A stretch of DNA of 61,552 nucleotides, counting the filler, from Circinaria calcarea (lineage: Eukaryota), in assembly GCA_051942165.1 (NCBI GenBank). It is 4 parts of 4 records of this genome, joined end to end, with 100 filler letters (N's around TTAATTAATTAA, not from the genome) between each part and the next. Parts side by side here need not be neighbours in the genome. Positions count along the whole stretch, not along the records: positions 30,851 to 46,169 come from JAVECS010000373.1; positions 46,270 to 61,552 come from JAVECS010000374.1; 2 more parts are not named here. One strand, written 5' to 3'. This document shows positions 35,301 to 47,893 of this stretch, piece after piece. A model generated the notes under the pieces. That model did no database searches. It saw only the letters and a list, made by a program, of their open reading frames with translations, and was not told where the DNA came from. The translations under genes were made by a program, and so were the position numbers. The number at the start of each line of letters is the position of its first letter. Positions within the stretch are counted from its first letter, which is position 1.

Positions 35301-36597
35301 CTATCTTGGGGTATCTCTTAACGTCCGTCCGCCTCCCAGTGTGCGCCCTCCCTCATCAGGCTCTTTCTTCTCTACTTCCTTGACGGTTTCCGTACCTTTC
35401 CTCTTAGTTCCACCCCTCAGCGTCTGCCCTTGCCCCTGGAATTTAGGCTTGCTCTCGTCCACCCTGGACTTCTTTTCGCCCGACTTTCTCACCGGCTTGA
35501 TCTCATACCCGAAGAATAATTTTCCTGGTGGTAATCGTAGAGGTTGTGGACCATTCGTCCGTCGAACTACAGTAGGAGGCGGATTTGTTGACGTCCCAGC
35601 AACAGGGGTTGACGCCTTGGGCGTCGGTGCTTTGCTACCTTTCCGGGTGTTGAGTTTCTGACCGCCGAGAAGGAAATTCGAAGATACCGCCTTGGCACCA
35701 GCAGCTGCCGAATTCGATTCGGGGGCGATTGAAGCGTAGTTAATAGCTTGAGCCATGGTTCCTTGGTTATGGAGAAGACCTCCGGAAGGTAAGCCCCCAA
35801 GTCCATTTCTTGGCGTACTGGTCCCGCTAGGTCTCTTTGGTTCTTCGTATCCTACCGGAGCTGCAAAATCTACCTCTAAGTCCGTTTCTAGGACGCTGAT
35901 AGCACTCTTGTCTGTTTCTGGCTTCGTCTCTAGAACTGCCATTTCGTAGGTTTGATCGTTATATGCGAAGGTGAAAATGTCGCCCTTTGTCAGGCACGAG
36001 AAGTTGCGGAATGCATTCTCAAGTACGGCCTTGGGATCAGAAATATCGAGGAAGGAGGTAGACTGAGCTTGGAGCTTGACGAACTGGCCTGGGGGTAGGT
36101 CGGTGGATTTGATTTGTAGGAGATCACCGGGTTCAAGAAGGAGGGTTTGCATTACCTGGCAATTCTTGTCAGTAAATGATGCACTACTCGTGCCGAAGAC
36201 AGAGATGAAGTGCTGCAGACCCAAAATGGCAAGTATATCTTCCCCTCTTCCGCAATGAACTCTAATACTCCGGCGTGTGTCATCCGCTCCTTAGCCCCGT
36301 TGATAAGCTCAAAGAGCATAGGGTATGTGATATGCAGTCTTGTGAGTTTATCGAGAGCACTTGGTGGCATGATGACTTTTCCTCCATGATTGACATTCTC
36401 TCGTTCTGGACCAGGCAACATGGCAACAGGGTAGCAACGGTAATATTCATCAAAGCGTCGAGGAGCAGTCATGCCTGCTCTCCTAAGCATAGCGGAAGGA
36501 TACATTCCCCCCATCATTGCGTCCTCGTCATAGTATCCTGGGTTGAACTGAACCAAGAGTCAGTTTAGATAACTTCTGAGACTTTGTGGCATACCAT
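35301..36597 (-). CDS. UFD1: Ubiquitin fusion degradation protein Ufd1 (Cdc48 cofactor)
   Basis: FDEYYRCYP..GGKVIMPPSALDKL..THAGVLEFIAEEG, FLDISDPKAVLE, LEVDFAAPVGY, C-terminal SHP-like FQGQGQTL. ATG-only first exon; introns 36548-36594 and 36157-36220. Confidence 0.96.
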
Positions 36598-36976
36598 ATC
36601 GACGGCTGCGCGAGTGCACCTAGAAAGTCACAGGAAGTAACGTTTAGAATAAATGAACGCCAGCTACTACTGTGAGTAGATTATGGAGGTAGAGAGAGTG
36701 TCTCGCAATAACCGAAGAGAGGTGTTGAAATGGCTCAGATATGGCTTTGTGTTTCATGGCCAATGACGTTGCAACGCGAAGCTTCTGAAGCGAAGTTCCG
36801 TATACCCCCCCCCTCCCATCCTCCGGTGCACTCATCGAGAATGATCCTACGAGTTATGAACTATTGAAGAAGATCGTGCACTCTGTCCCGTACAAACACA
36901 TAATTCAATTCTCCTGATGTAGCAAAACTTAAATATACATCAAATCCCGATTCGTAAACTGTCCAACAACTTCACA
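36598..36976. promoter_or_regulatory. Putative bidirectional promoter between UFD1 and LIN1
   Basis: Head-to-head genes about 380 bp apart; contains the 10-bp palindrome CGTTGCAACG (36767-36776). Confidence 0.5.
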
Positions 36977-38377
36977 ATGTCTGGCCGCCGACCTGCTCCC
37001 CGCCCGAAACGCGGCGGCGAGGAGTTTGCTCGAACACATTATCATGACAACGATGGACCCTCGGCGAAGAAACCACGGTTTGATGTGCGCAATCCATCAG
37101 CTCTTGTACCAGATGCCCCTGAAGAGGATGCGGTACTGGAAGCAGACGAGATTGGCAAACGCGGGCAGCAAACAAAACGGAACGCTGTGAACATCGATGG
37201 TTACGAGTCTGATAGTTCGAACGAGGGATTCGATGCAAGGGCTGACACCAAAGCAAAGGAAGCTAAATTGGGCAAGAAAGCAGCCACGTCAATGGTCGAG
37301 GAAGATAATGACATGTTTGCGGATGTAGAAGAGAGCTTCGCAGATGGAGACGCGGACAAAGATCTTAGTAGGGAAGGCAAGAAAAGGAAGGACGTTCGAT
37401 TCGTTGAGGTAGAAGAAATTGAAGGCCAGGTTGGTGGAAGTAAAAGTGGAGGTCATGTCAGCGCGGATTTCTCATTCAATCAGGGAAGGAATGGTAGGGA
37501 AAGGGACCAAGAGGTCGAAAGCAGCAGCGAGAGCGAGGTGGGCGACGAGGAAAGAGCAGATGTGCAAGGGCAGGTCGATGAGGAGGTAGGGGCCGGTGGC
37601 AAAAAGAAGCACGCGCCTAAGCTTGATGCCTTCAATCTCCATGCGGAAAAGGAAGACGGTGGGTTCGACGACCAAATGAACTACGTGAGAAAGGCTCGAG
37701 ATCCGGACGCGGTGCACGACACCTGGCTGGAAGGTCTTTCAAAGAAAGACATGAAGAAGGCCAAGGAGGCAGAAGATAAGCGGGATCAAGAACGACGGCA
37801 GAAGATCAGAGAGGCAGATGCTGTCCTAACAAGTGATATATTGAAAAACTTGATACCTTATTTGGAGCGCGGCGAGACTGTCCTGGAGGCTCTTGCTCGG
37901 CTAGGACGGGGAAAGGAGAAGAAGAAGCCAAAGTGGCAGAAGAACAGAAACAAAAGAAAGCAGGACGACGACATGGACATCGATACTGAGCGAACGCATG
38001 AAGATCTCGTGGAAACCAAACGGCGACAGGCGGTAGAAGCAATCACGGGCGCAGCGGACCAGCTTCTAACGAGGGGTCAAAACGAGATTTATGACGCAGA
38101 ACGAGAGATGTTGATGCGGCAATATCGACGAGAAACAGATGAAGACTGGGTGGATCCTCCACAAGAGCAAACACAAGACGGGAGTGCAGACGCGGTTCGC
38201 GAAACGAAACAATGGGAGTATCGATGGTCAGATGCTCGAGACGGCGGGGAGTCACATGGCCCATACGATGGCGAAATGATGGTCACTTGGAACGATGCTG
38301 GATATTTTGGAGACGGTGTGGAATTCAGGCAAACAGGCGAAGCAGGAGACTGGAGTCGATCTGTGGACTTTGTATAG
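36977..38377 (+). CDS. LIN1: U5 snRNP-associated GYF-domain protein (Lin1/Snu40/CD2BP2-like)
   Basis: PKLDAFNL..E.GGFD, D.WL, GETVLEALARL, C-terminal GYF domain WEYRW..HGPYDGEMMVTWNDAGYFG. Confidence 0.9.
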   Translation: MSGRRPAPRPKRGGEEFARTHYHDNDGPSAKKPRFDVRNPSALVPDAPEEDAVLEADEIGKRGQQTKRNAVNIDGYESDSSNEGFDARADTKAKEAKLGKKAATSMVEEDNDMFADVEESFADGDADKDLSREGKKRKDVRFVEVEEIEGQVGGSKSGGHVSADFSFNQGRNGRERDQEVESSSESEVGDEERADVQGQVDEEVGAGGKKKHAPKLDAFNLHAEKEDGGFDDQMNYVRKARDPDAVHDTWLEGLSKKDMKKAKEAEDKRDQERRQKIREADAVLTSDILKNLIPYLERGETVLEALARLGRGKEKKKPKWQKNRNKRKQDDDMDIDTERTHEDLVETKRRQAVEAITGAADQLLTRGQNEIYDAEREMLMRQYRRETDEDWVDPPQEQTQDGSADAVRETKQWEYRWSDARDGGESHGPYDGEMMVTWNDAGYFGDGVEFRQTGEAGDWSRSVDFV

Positions 38378-38514
38378 CACCGCTACTGAATGCATGCCGA
38401 TTTTAAGTATGGATTCAGCTCTATCGGGGGTATTATTGCCACGCTTGAATCGCTGAGCAACTATTGTACAAATATCTATTGTAACTTTTGATATCCGAAA
38501 CTCCAAATCTGGTA

Positions 38515-40028
<1,514 letters not shown>

Positions 40029-40534
40029 TGTCAGGAGGACTGTGATGCATCAAGTGGTGATGCCAAGACATTCACTTTTTGCCGTGTTACCAGCATGAAG
40101 CAGTCCGTGATGGTGTTTCAGCGTTGAGGACCGACTTCGGCTCGCCAAAGCTCATAGGTTGGCCGTAGCCGCTATGGGAGTACGGCACAGCCGTCGTCCC
40201 GAGGTCCATCCTTCACGCGATGGCAAACACTTTCACAGGTTGTGATAGGGCAAGTAGGACGGTCTGCAACACGCGTTTCCCACCAACCTCCACCCCATTG
40301 AATCTGATGACTCCTTCGAGGACATGGCAGTATACCTGTGCTGTGATTCTTCTATTTCATTTCAAACTGAATTGAATTGAATTCATCGATTTTCGTCCGA
40401 CATGAGATTATTGGGCACATGCACTGAGGGTCAATCAAACTCACTGCCCATGCGTACAACTGATTTGGATGGCCAACTCCCCACCACTCGCATAGCATAT
40501 CAACTGGCGCACGTCGGAAAGCTACAGCCCAGCC

Positions 40535-43500
40535 ATGGGGAGGGGGTCTGGCGGTGAATCTGAAAGAAGTGACTATCGAGGTTCAAAACAATCTCGTTCA
40601 CGGTCTCGATTCGACAGCTCTCCTCGCAACGTTCATACCGAGGGCACCCGTTTTAGTAATTCAGATACATGGAAACCTCCGATACCAACTGGGCCATCGG
40701 CGAAACGAAGACCAGTGGCGCAGGATTACTTTCAGAGTGCTTCACCGAGTTCCAAAGACTCACATGGCAATTCGAAGGCGTGCGTGGCACCTAAGATAAA
40801 GGAGCGAGAACCGCCCCTTGCCATACCTGCTGCAGATCCAGGCAACTTTTCACAAGATTCGAGATTGATGTATACGGATACCCAACCCACGAGAGACGAG
40901 TGGCAAAGGGGAGATGTCACCCAACCCAACCCCACCGCTTTGGGACAACGCAGAAAGGACGCTTGTTCCGTCCAGTCCTCTGTACCGCAGCAATCTCCAC
41001 CGTTCGGAGCAGTCTCTGAAGCCCTAGAGAGCTCAGACATGGACATAGATGTCCCGAGCAGATTAGTTCAACCACCTAAGCCGATGGCGGAGAGAGCCGG
41101 GACAGATACGCAGTTACGAAAGCTCGATCATGACAACGGGTTACTCAAAGACAACGAAGATGAACGTAATGGGAAACCTGAAAGTGGGTCACTCTTACAT
41201 TCTGATTTTATTCATCAGAAGCTGGCCCCTCTTCACTCTCTATCATTCACCACCACAACAAGAGATTCAAGCTGAGGTCATGATCTCTCATGCTGCCTTG
41301 TGTTGTTGGCCTCCAGTTTCTTATCCTTAATCTCACTATCGATATGATTGAACGAATAGCTAATCAACGTATAGGCGATACAGTCCGAGCACCTCTCACA
41401 AGCTCTGATCCTCGTAAGGTCGATCGAAAAGATAGCATGAGCTATTCTACGACAGCATCAGGTAACGCAACACCGCGAAGTTCAGTGATAGATACGAGTA
41501 TCTCCAGCCCTGGGCATTTACGCTCTGGCGAGCAAACTCCGGTCGGGCCTATCTCAGCAAGTTTTGCTGTTCCTCACCTACCGTCTTCGGCAGGAGTTGT
41601 TGGGCGTGGAAAAGATCCGCCTTCGGATGACCAGAAGCTTATTATGAAGCACCTGTCGCACTTTGCATACTGTATTAGACAAGATGCTTGTCTAACGGTT
41701 CAGCTAGATGCTGCAACTCACAAGTTGGAGAAGAAAAAGCGGGAAAAGGAGAAATGGCGTCAGCACCATGAATCATTCACCTCTTTGGCAGAAGAGCAAG
41801 ATAAGGACATGGAGAGACTCAAGACGGCGATGGAACAGATCACAGAGAAACGAAGGAAATATGAAGAAAACCGAGATAAGAGTCTGCAAACTCTCGCACG
41901 TGCTTTATTTTCAATCAATGGTGGCTCAGCAATACCGCGACCCGAGAATGAGGGCAAAGTGAAACAACTCGAGATGGAGATGAAAGATCTAAGAGCAGAG
42001 CTGTACGCAATGAGGTTTGCTATGAACAACCCAAAATCTGACGAAGGGCACCTCCAAGAAATACTGGCTTCTCAAAGTCGTCTTAATACCGAGCTTAAAG
42101 ATTTGGCGTCTCGGTCGGTTTCATTAGACGATCATGCCAAGCTTGAAGTAAAAATTGCAGATCTGACTGGAGAGACGAGCAAGATACAGAGAATCAGTTC
42201 TCAAAATGATACGCTTGATCATCAAGTCGCACGAATCGAAGAGCGTGTTAAATCTCTCGATACTTTGGAACTTGACGCATCGAAAACCAAAGAAAATTTT
42301 GGTAGTCTAAATGGCGAACTCCAGACCCTGAAAGAAAATGTTAAACACGAAAGTAAAGAATTAAAAGGCCTCCTTGTGCAACAGGAACAAAACTCCGGTA
42401 AATGCCAGGAAGCAATTGCTCGATTCAGCAAAGATCTTGAAAACGCTACAAATGCCACTGCGGACCTTGTTACTCGAGTAATTTCTCTGGAGTCCCTTCG
42501 CGAACGTGATTCACAGAAATGTGCGCAAACTTTTTCCTCAGATGTGAAGAGAGAAGTGGAAAATCTCTCACAAAATGTCCAAGCAATCACAGGCGATCTA
42601 TTATTGTTGAAGCATGACCAGGAGACGAAAGATGATTTGGTTGGTCAGGAAGTGGAGCGATTGGACGCTGCTTTGACAGGGATAGTTGGCCGAGTTGAAT
42701 CTGCCAAAAAGGACTTCGATCATTTGAGCCAGCGTGTCGATTCAATTGCCACTAAGGTTCAAGGTATTCAGTCTCAACCTATTAAGACGCCAGCATCTTC
42801 AATGCAGACGTTTACCAGCAGTGTTCATGCACCGCCTCAAGCCGTTTACGGCAGCCCATATGCGCAAAGCAATATGTTACCAATGCAAAATGTGATCAAC
42901 GAACAGAGACCGCCACCGTTACAAGATAACTTCAAACAGATAATAGACGATCACGCAGATCGGCTACTCTCTTGTGAAACCTTTATATTGACCCTTCAGC
43001 AGAAGTACGTCAACCTGACTAGTGACGAATTAGCTTGCAGCATGGTCCGCCAGATGCAAAATATGTATCCATATGCCTCGATTACTCAAGCTGAGATCAA
43101 GACGTTGAAAGATAATATTGCGCTAATTTCCATCAACACAAATCAGCTTGGGATTCAGGTTGCTGGTAATACCGGCCAAGTGAATACAATGTCAAAGTCT
43201 TTGGAAAATCATACCAAAGAGTTGACATTAGTTAGGGAGAGACGACAGAGTGAGTGGGTTGAGTTGAAGCATCTCAAGGAAAAGCTTGAAACATCGTCTA
43301 ACGAGTTAAGCAACAAGGTGAAAAACCTCGAGGAAGGTCTTACCGCTCTAGCCAGGAATACCGAGTCTTCTACCGAAGCGTACAGAGGTCTGACTGCTAG
43401 GTTTGAGGCTGCAAAGGCAGAAGTGGACGAAGCTGTCCGCCTCCTGCAATCAGGCATCAACGATATTTCCACCAGCTTTGCTGAAGTCGAAAAGGCCACT

Positions 43501-43803
43501 TTGAAAGATTTGTCGAGTCTGAATGCAAAGGTCACAATCCTCCATGATGACTTTCGGACACGAAGCGGGCTTAAAGAAGAAGGCAGTACTAGCGGCGATG
43601 CCACCCTCCAAGATGTGTCAACAGAGATTGTCTCCATTTCAGATTCTTCGGAAGACGACATACCGTTAAGAGTCGCTCGAGTCAACGGCCGTAGGGCAAA
43701 TCCTGCAAGCCCACCGAAGAAGAGTAAGGACACAGGCAAGCGAAGTAGAGGGAGCAGCGAGGAGTCCAGCTTCGATGAGAGGAAGAAGAAGAAGAAGTCC
43801 TAA
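40535..43803 (+). CDS. Large coiled-coil hypothetical protein
   Basis: ORF 41290..43803 has long heptad-rich segments and a basic C-terminus. Low-complexity ORF 40535..41275 is probably its first exon (acceptor GCTAAT..TAG near 41373). Junctions uncertain. Confidence 0.65.
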
Positions 43804-44759
43804 GGACGACGGCCTTTCATGTTGTGTCTGCAGATCCCCGCTGCGATCTTTTGCCACTAACATTTACGAAATGATCAGGAATTGGCGCGGGAGAGTTAGA
43901 CGAACCATCGACGTGTGATACCCCGGCGCTGGAGGCCCTTGTTTATGCGAACTGCTCGCTTTCGGTTTTCTGTTGTATATACGGACTCGCCGATTTCGGT
44001 TCTGTGCTGTCTATGACATCTGCACGGTTTCAATATGTCACTGGGCAAAACCCAAAACCTAGTTCTTGCATTTCTGAGTGCATGGTTAGGAGTGTGGTGA
44101 TGTTGCTGCCGGCATTGTATATATCACTCACCACTGCCTCGGGCCCATTCTGGGGGGCTTTCCATGAACCTGTATAAAACAGACCGAAGTTTACCTCACG
44201 TTTACAAGTGATACACCAGTGACTCAGAAGTGTTTCGATTCGAAGAGTAGTGTAGTAATCGGTCAGCATCACACTGTTCTTAATACCTTATCATTGTATC
44301 TCCGGTGCTGGCAATCCGACCCATCCCTAATTTCGGCAAATCCCAAGACGTGCTAGTGAGCTTGACCAAGTACTTCCCATGATAATTCTTCAAAATCTTT
44401 TTACCACACCGCAACCATGAACCAACGCAACGAAGGCTGCCCTTTGAGGCATACAATTCATCGCTCAACCTTCCGAAGATCATCCCAGGATGTATCTCGG
44501 AATGTGCTTCGACCCTTTAATAGCCCCCAGGGAGGGGTGGGCGCCAGTTGATCACCTTTCGCGACGCCTTCGGCGAGACTACTCGAAGCAGAAAGCTAAA
44601 CAGTATCTCGTCGAACATCCAGTTTGGAAGAGACAGGATTGGAGAACCGCCAAGTTTGAAGGAGTTTTAGGAGGAGGCCTATCGAATAACTAAAAAGAAA
44701 CAAAACAAAGCACTCCCGAGCCTGCAAACACCGATAAATTCCTATAAGATACCATCACA

Positions 44760-45797
44760 ATGTTAATCGAAAACCTGGCCAACGAGCTCGTCCTCCACAT
44801 ATTTCAATCTTGCTCTTCCATTAGCGACGTTCTCAATCTCGCAGCTACTTGTCATCAATTTCGGTCGGTTTTCGCCGCATCCCAGAGACTCCCTATTCTT
44901 TACAACGCCGCCGAAGCGGATTTCGGGCCCCTCCAAGACGCAATCCAAATCGTTACCCACAACGCCAGTCAACCGGCCCATCTGATCCGTAATGTTCCTC
45001 TTTCCCTTGCACTCCTCAAGCAGCTCGTCGCAGTGGGCACCGCAGCCAAGAAATGGGAAGAAATGTATCCAGCGAGGAAATGGAAATACAACTCCGAGGA
45101 TCGCCGTCTTCTAACCTCGACGGAACGCTTCAACCTCCGCCGGGCAGTCTACCGTCTCTGGCTTTACTCGCGTGCCTTTCACAACTCCCGCTACGTCCGC
45201 ACCACCCGCCTGCACCGGCACAACGTCCTCGAGCGCGCCGAGCTCCTACACAACTGGAGCACGCCAGAGCTGGCCGAAATCGAAGACATGCGCCAAGTCA
45301 TCCGCGACGTGCTGCAGACCCACATTTGCCCCAGCAACGGCACCATCCAGCGCAAATATCGTAACCGCCACCCGGACTCGGACCACCAACTCGTCTTCAA
45401 CACCCACCTCAACCACCCCTCCCTCCCCCTCTCTACCTTCGAGGTCCACTTCCACAGCACGCATCAAATCTCCGCCTCCGCTACCAAAATCTCCCACAAC
45501 CTCAAGTACCAGTCCACCCCCTTCCACGAGCCCGGTGGCGAGGGCTGGGGCGACGATATCCCGCACTACTACATCGTCGAGGATATGCTGAAGCTGGATC
45601 CGGGGCAAATATTGTGGCTGAAGGAAAATGCGCCGTTGAAGGGCATGGTGGAGGCGTATGTGCGGGATTTGGGTGCGTGGTTTGAGAATAACGGGGAGAC
45701 GTTTGGGCAGACGCTCGAGTGGGTAATGAGGGAACGGGGGGACGATGTGGAGGAGTTGAGGGAGGGCATTCGGGAGGAGGAGATGGGGATTGTTTGA
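44760..45797 (+). CDS. F-box domain protein
   Basis: N-terminal F-box-like LENLANELVLHIFQSCSSISDVLNLAATCHQFRSVF; LTSTERFNLRRAVYRLWLY; GWGDDIPHYYIVEDMLKLDP. Confidence 0.85.
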   Translation: MLIENLANELVLHIFQSCSSISDVLNLAATCHQFRSVFAASQRLPILYNAAEADFGPLQDAIQIVTHNASQPAHLIRNVPLSLALLKQLVAVGTAAKKWEEMYPARKWKYNSEDRRLLTSTERFNLRRAVYRLWLYSRAFHNSRYVRTTRLHRHNVLERAELLHNWSTPELAEIEDMRQVIRDVLQTHICPSNGTIQRKYRNRHPDSDHQLVFNTHLNHPSLPLSTFEVHFHSTHQISASATKISHNLKYQSTPFHEPGGEGWGDDIPHYYIVEDMLKLDPGQILWLKENAPLKGMVEAYVRDLGAWFENNGETFGQTLEWVMRERGDDVEELREGIREEEMGIV

Positions 45798-46169
45798 TTA
45801 ATAGATGGGGGAATTTTTCCATCTAAGGTTATAGATTGTCATTCGTAAGAGGGCTATTTTGAAGTTTTGGGTTTTCGTGGCCCCATGGATCGATGATTAT
45901 TTTTGCTATGGTGGCTTTGGTACTATGTTTCTTTCTAGAAAGAAAAAAAGCTAGAGAGTGACGGGCCCTCATCCCATCCCATCCCCATCGCTTTTTGGCA
46001 TTGCACTCCCCACCATTAGATATCATGTCCTCTCCATATTAATCATCCCATTTTATCCATTTCCATATTATTTTCATCAACCTTTCAATCCGTCGATTTA
46101 ATGTCCTTTTTTTTTTTCGTTTTCCCCTTCCCGTTGAGAAAAATTTGCTGCCTGAGAATTCCCCCCTTT

Positions 46170-46269
46170 NNNNNNNNNNNNNNNNNNNNNNNNNNNNNNN
46201 NNNNNNNNNNNNNTTAATTAATTAANNNNNNNNNNNNNNNNNNNNNNNNNNNNNNNNNNNNNNNNNNNN
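46170..46269. other. Artificial contig spacer N44-TTAATTAATTAA-N44
   Basis: Identical 100-bp spacer. Confidence 0.97.
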
Positions 46270-46653
46270 TCCCTCATCACCGTCCTTCAGCTCGTCAGCG
46301 TCCGCACCCCTTCCCACATCGCCGAGTACAGCCGTCCGAAATACCTCATCGCGGCCCAAAATGACCACTACCAGGTCAATGAATTCGTCAAATTCATTTC
46401 CCCCTTCCGCATTCTCTGGCTCGTAGTGCTGGCGTGGCAGTTTGTGGCGACGGCGTTTTCCGTGCTGGGTGCTGTGCTGGGCATGCCGATTAGCTGGGTG
46501 GAGGAGAATGTGATTGGGGGGAATGGACAGAGGCGGTTGAGGGACGTGATAATGGGGTGGACGGGCGTGGGTGAGGCAAACGCGGAGAAGAGGCATGGAG
46601 TTGTAGTGGAGAGGGTAGTAGTATTAGTGGAGACGGAGGATGATGTGAAGTGA
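46270..46653 (+). CDS. 3' end of a conserved fungal NTF2-like protein with a C-terminal TM helix (partial)
   Basis: Frame open from the piece start: SLITVLQL..KYLIAAQNDHYQVNEFVKF..LWLVVLAWQFVATAFSVLGA, with C/G-ending codon bias. Family recognised from memory. Confidence 0.65.
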   Translation, partial: SLITVLQLVSVRTPSHIAEYSRPKYLIAAQNDHYQVNEFVKFISPFRILWLVVLAWQFVATAFSVLGAVLGMPISWVEENVIGGNGQRRLRDVIMGWTGVGEANAEKRHGVVVERVVVLVETEDDVK

Positions 46654-47893
46654 GGGCACAGAGGCCCGACAGCAGAAAATTGGATTGGAAGAGTAACCAA
46701 TGTGGGATAAAGGAACTAATATACATGCTCAACAGCAAAATAATATAGAAGTCTCTCGTCTCCCACCACTACGTCATGCTCACCATCGTGCGCCCTCAAA
46801 CGCAGTAGTAATCCCTCCCCAGTCCCTCTATCCAACCTCTCGCGTCTCTTCCTCCAGGGCCCCACCGCTCTCGGGAATCGCAACCCGAGACAACCCAGCC
46901 CCTTTCCGCTGCAACCTCTACCCTCCATCCTCCCTTCCTTTCCAGAATTCCCTAATCCCCCCAAAAAGAACAGCTCAAGCATTCCAAGCCCCTTTGGATC
47001 CCCAAGACCCCCCCACAAACACATACCTAACAGCCGAACACATTTCGACCGGATAGGGGGTATGAGAATTTTTCCATTAGGGACCGGGCCTAGGGATAGG
47101 AATGTGGCTGTTTGGGGATTTGCTGGGTGGGTGGATAGGGGGTAAGGGGTCATTAAAGGAGGGAAGGGAGGAAAGGGGTGGAAGGTGAAGGGGGTTGTGT
47201 ATTGATCGATCGGCACGGAGGTCTGCAGTATCTTCAGTGAGGCCGGTAAGCTATTAGAAAGTCGCATAATGTTTAGAAGGAAAAGTCTAAGTCCGTAAGA
47301 AACTAGGCGAGTTTTTTGTTTGGGAAACGGGGTTCTGAAAGAAAACGGGGAAAAGAAAGAAAAAATTTGAACTCCTCAGGCTGTTCTGTTAAACAGATAT
47401 TTAAAAAATTTTGAAGTGCGGCCGGAGGAGATAAGATAGGCAGTTGAAAGACGTTGCGAGGAGGAGATATACAAGGGGAAAGGTAATTGTAAGTTTAGAG
47501 AGGTAGAACTATGGGGAGGGGTCGAGATACCGTGTTTACCAGGCCCCTTTATCCACCTATCCTCTACAAAGTGCTACCAATTTCTGGCCGATGTTGAGTC
47601 AATCGATTATTCGCTCATAAGTTCATGGATAGAATATTTGCGCGCTAGCTGTGTTGATCCCGAAGCAATCAAATAGATTCGAATGGCAAAAGAATTCTTT
47701 CAAGAGTACAGTAAAAATGATACGCCTACACGGACCTTCACCTTTGAACTCCCTGCGGCCCAACCCACCATATTTCCCAGCCCATAGATACATTTCCGTT
47801 TCCTGCCTTACACACAGTGCCCGCGGTTGTTGAAACTCTTTTATCCAGCACTGGCAGTGATACTAATCCCGTAGACTGTGTTTTTGCACGATA

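Noticed and set aside
46222..46596. Minus-strand ORF running into the spacer
   Set aside because: Antisense shadow of the better-supported plus-strand partial CDS 46270-46653.
46700..47520. Pro/Gly-rich ORFs in C-rich and G-rich sequence
   Set aside because: Low-complexity composition explains the open frames; no family recognised.
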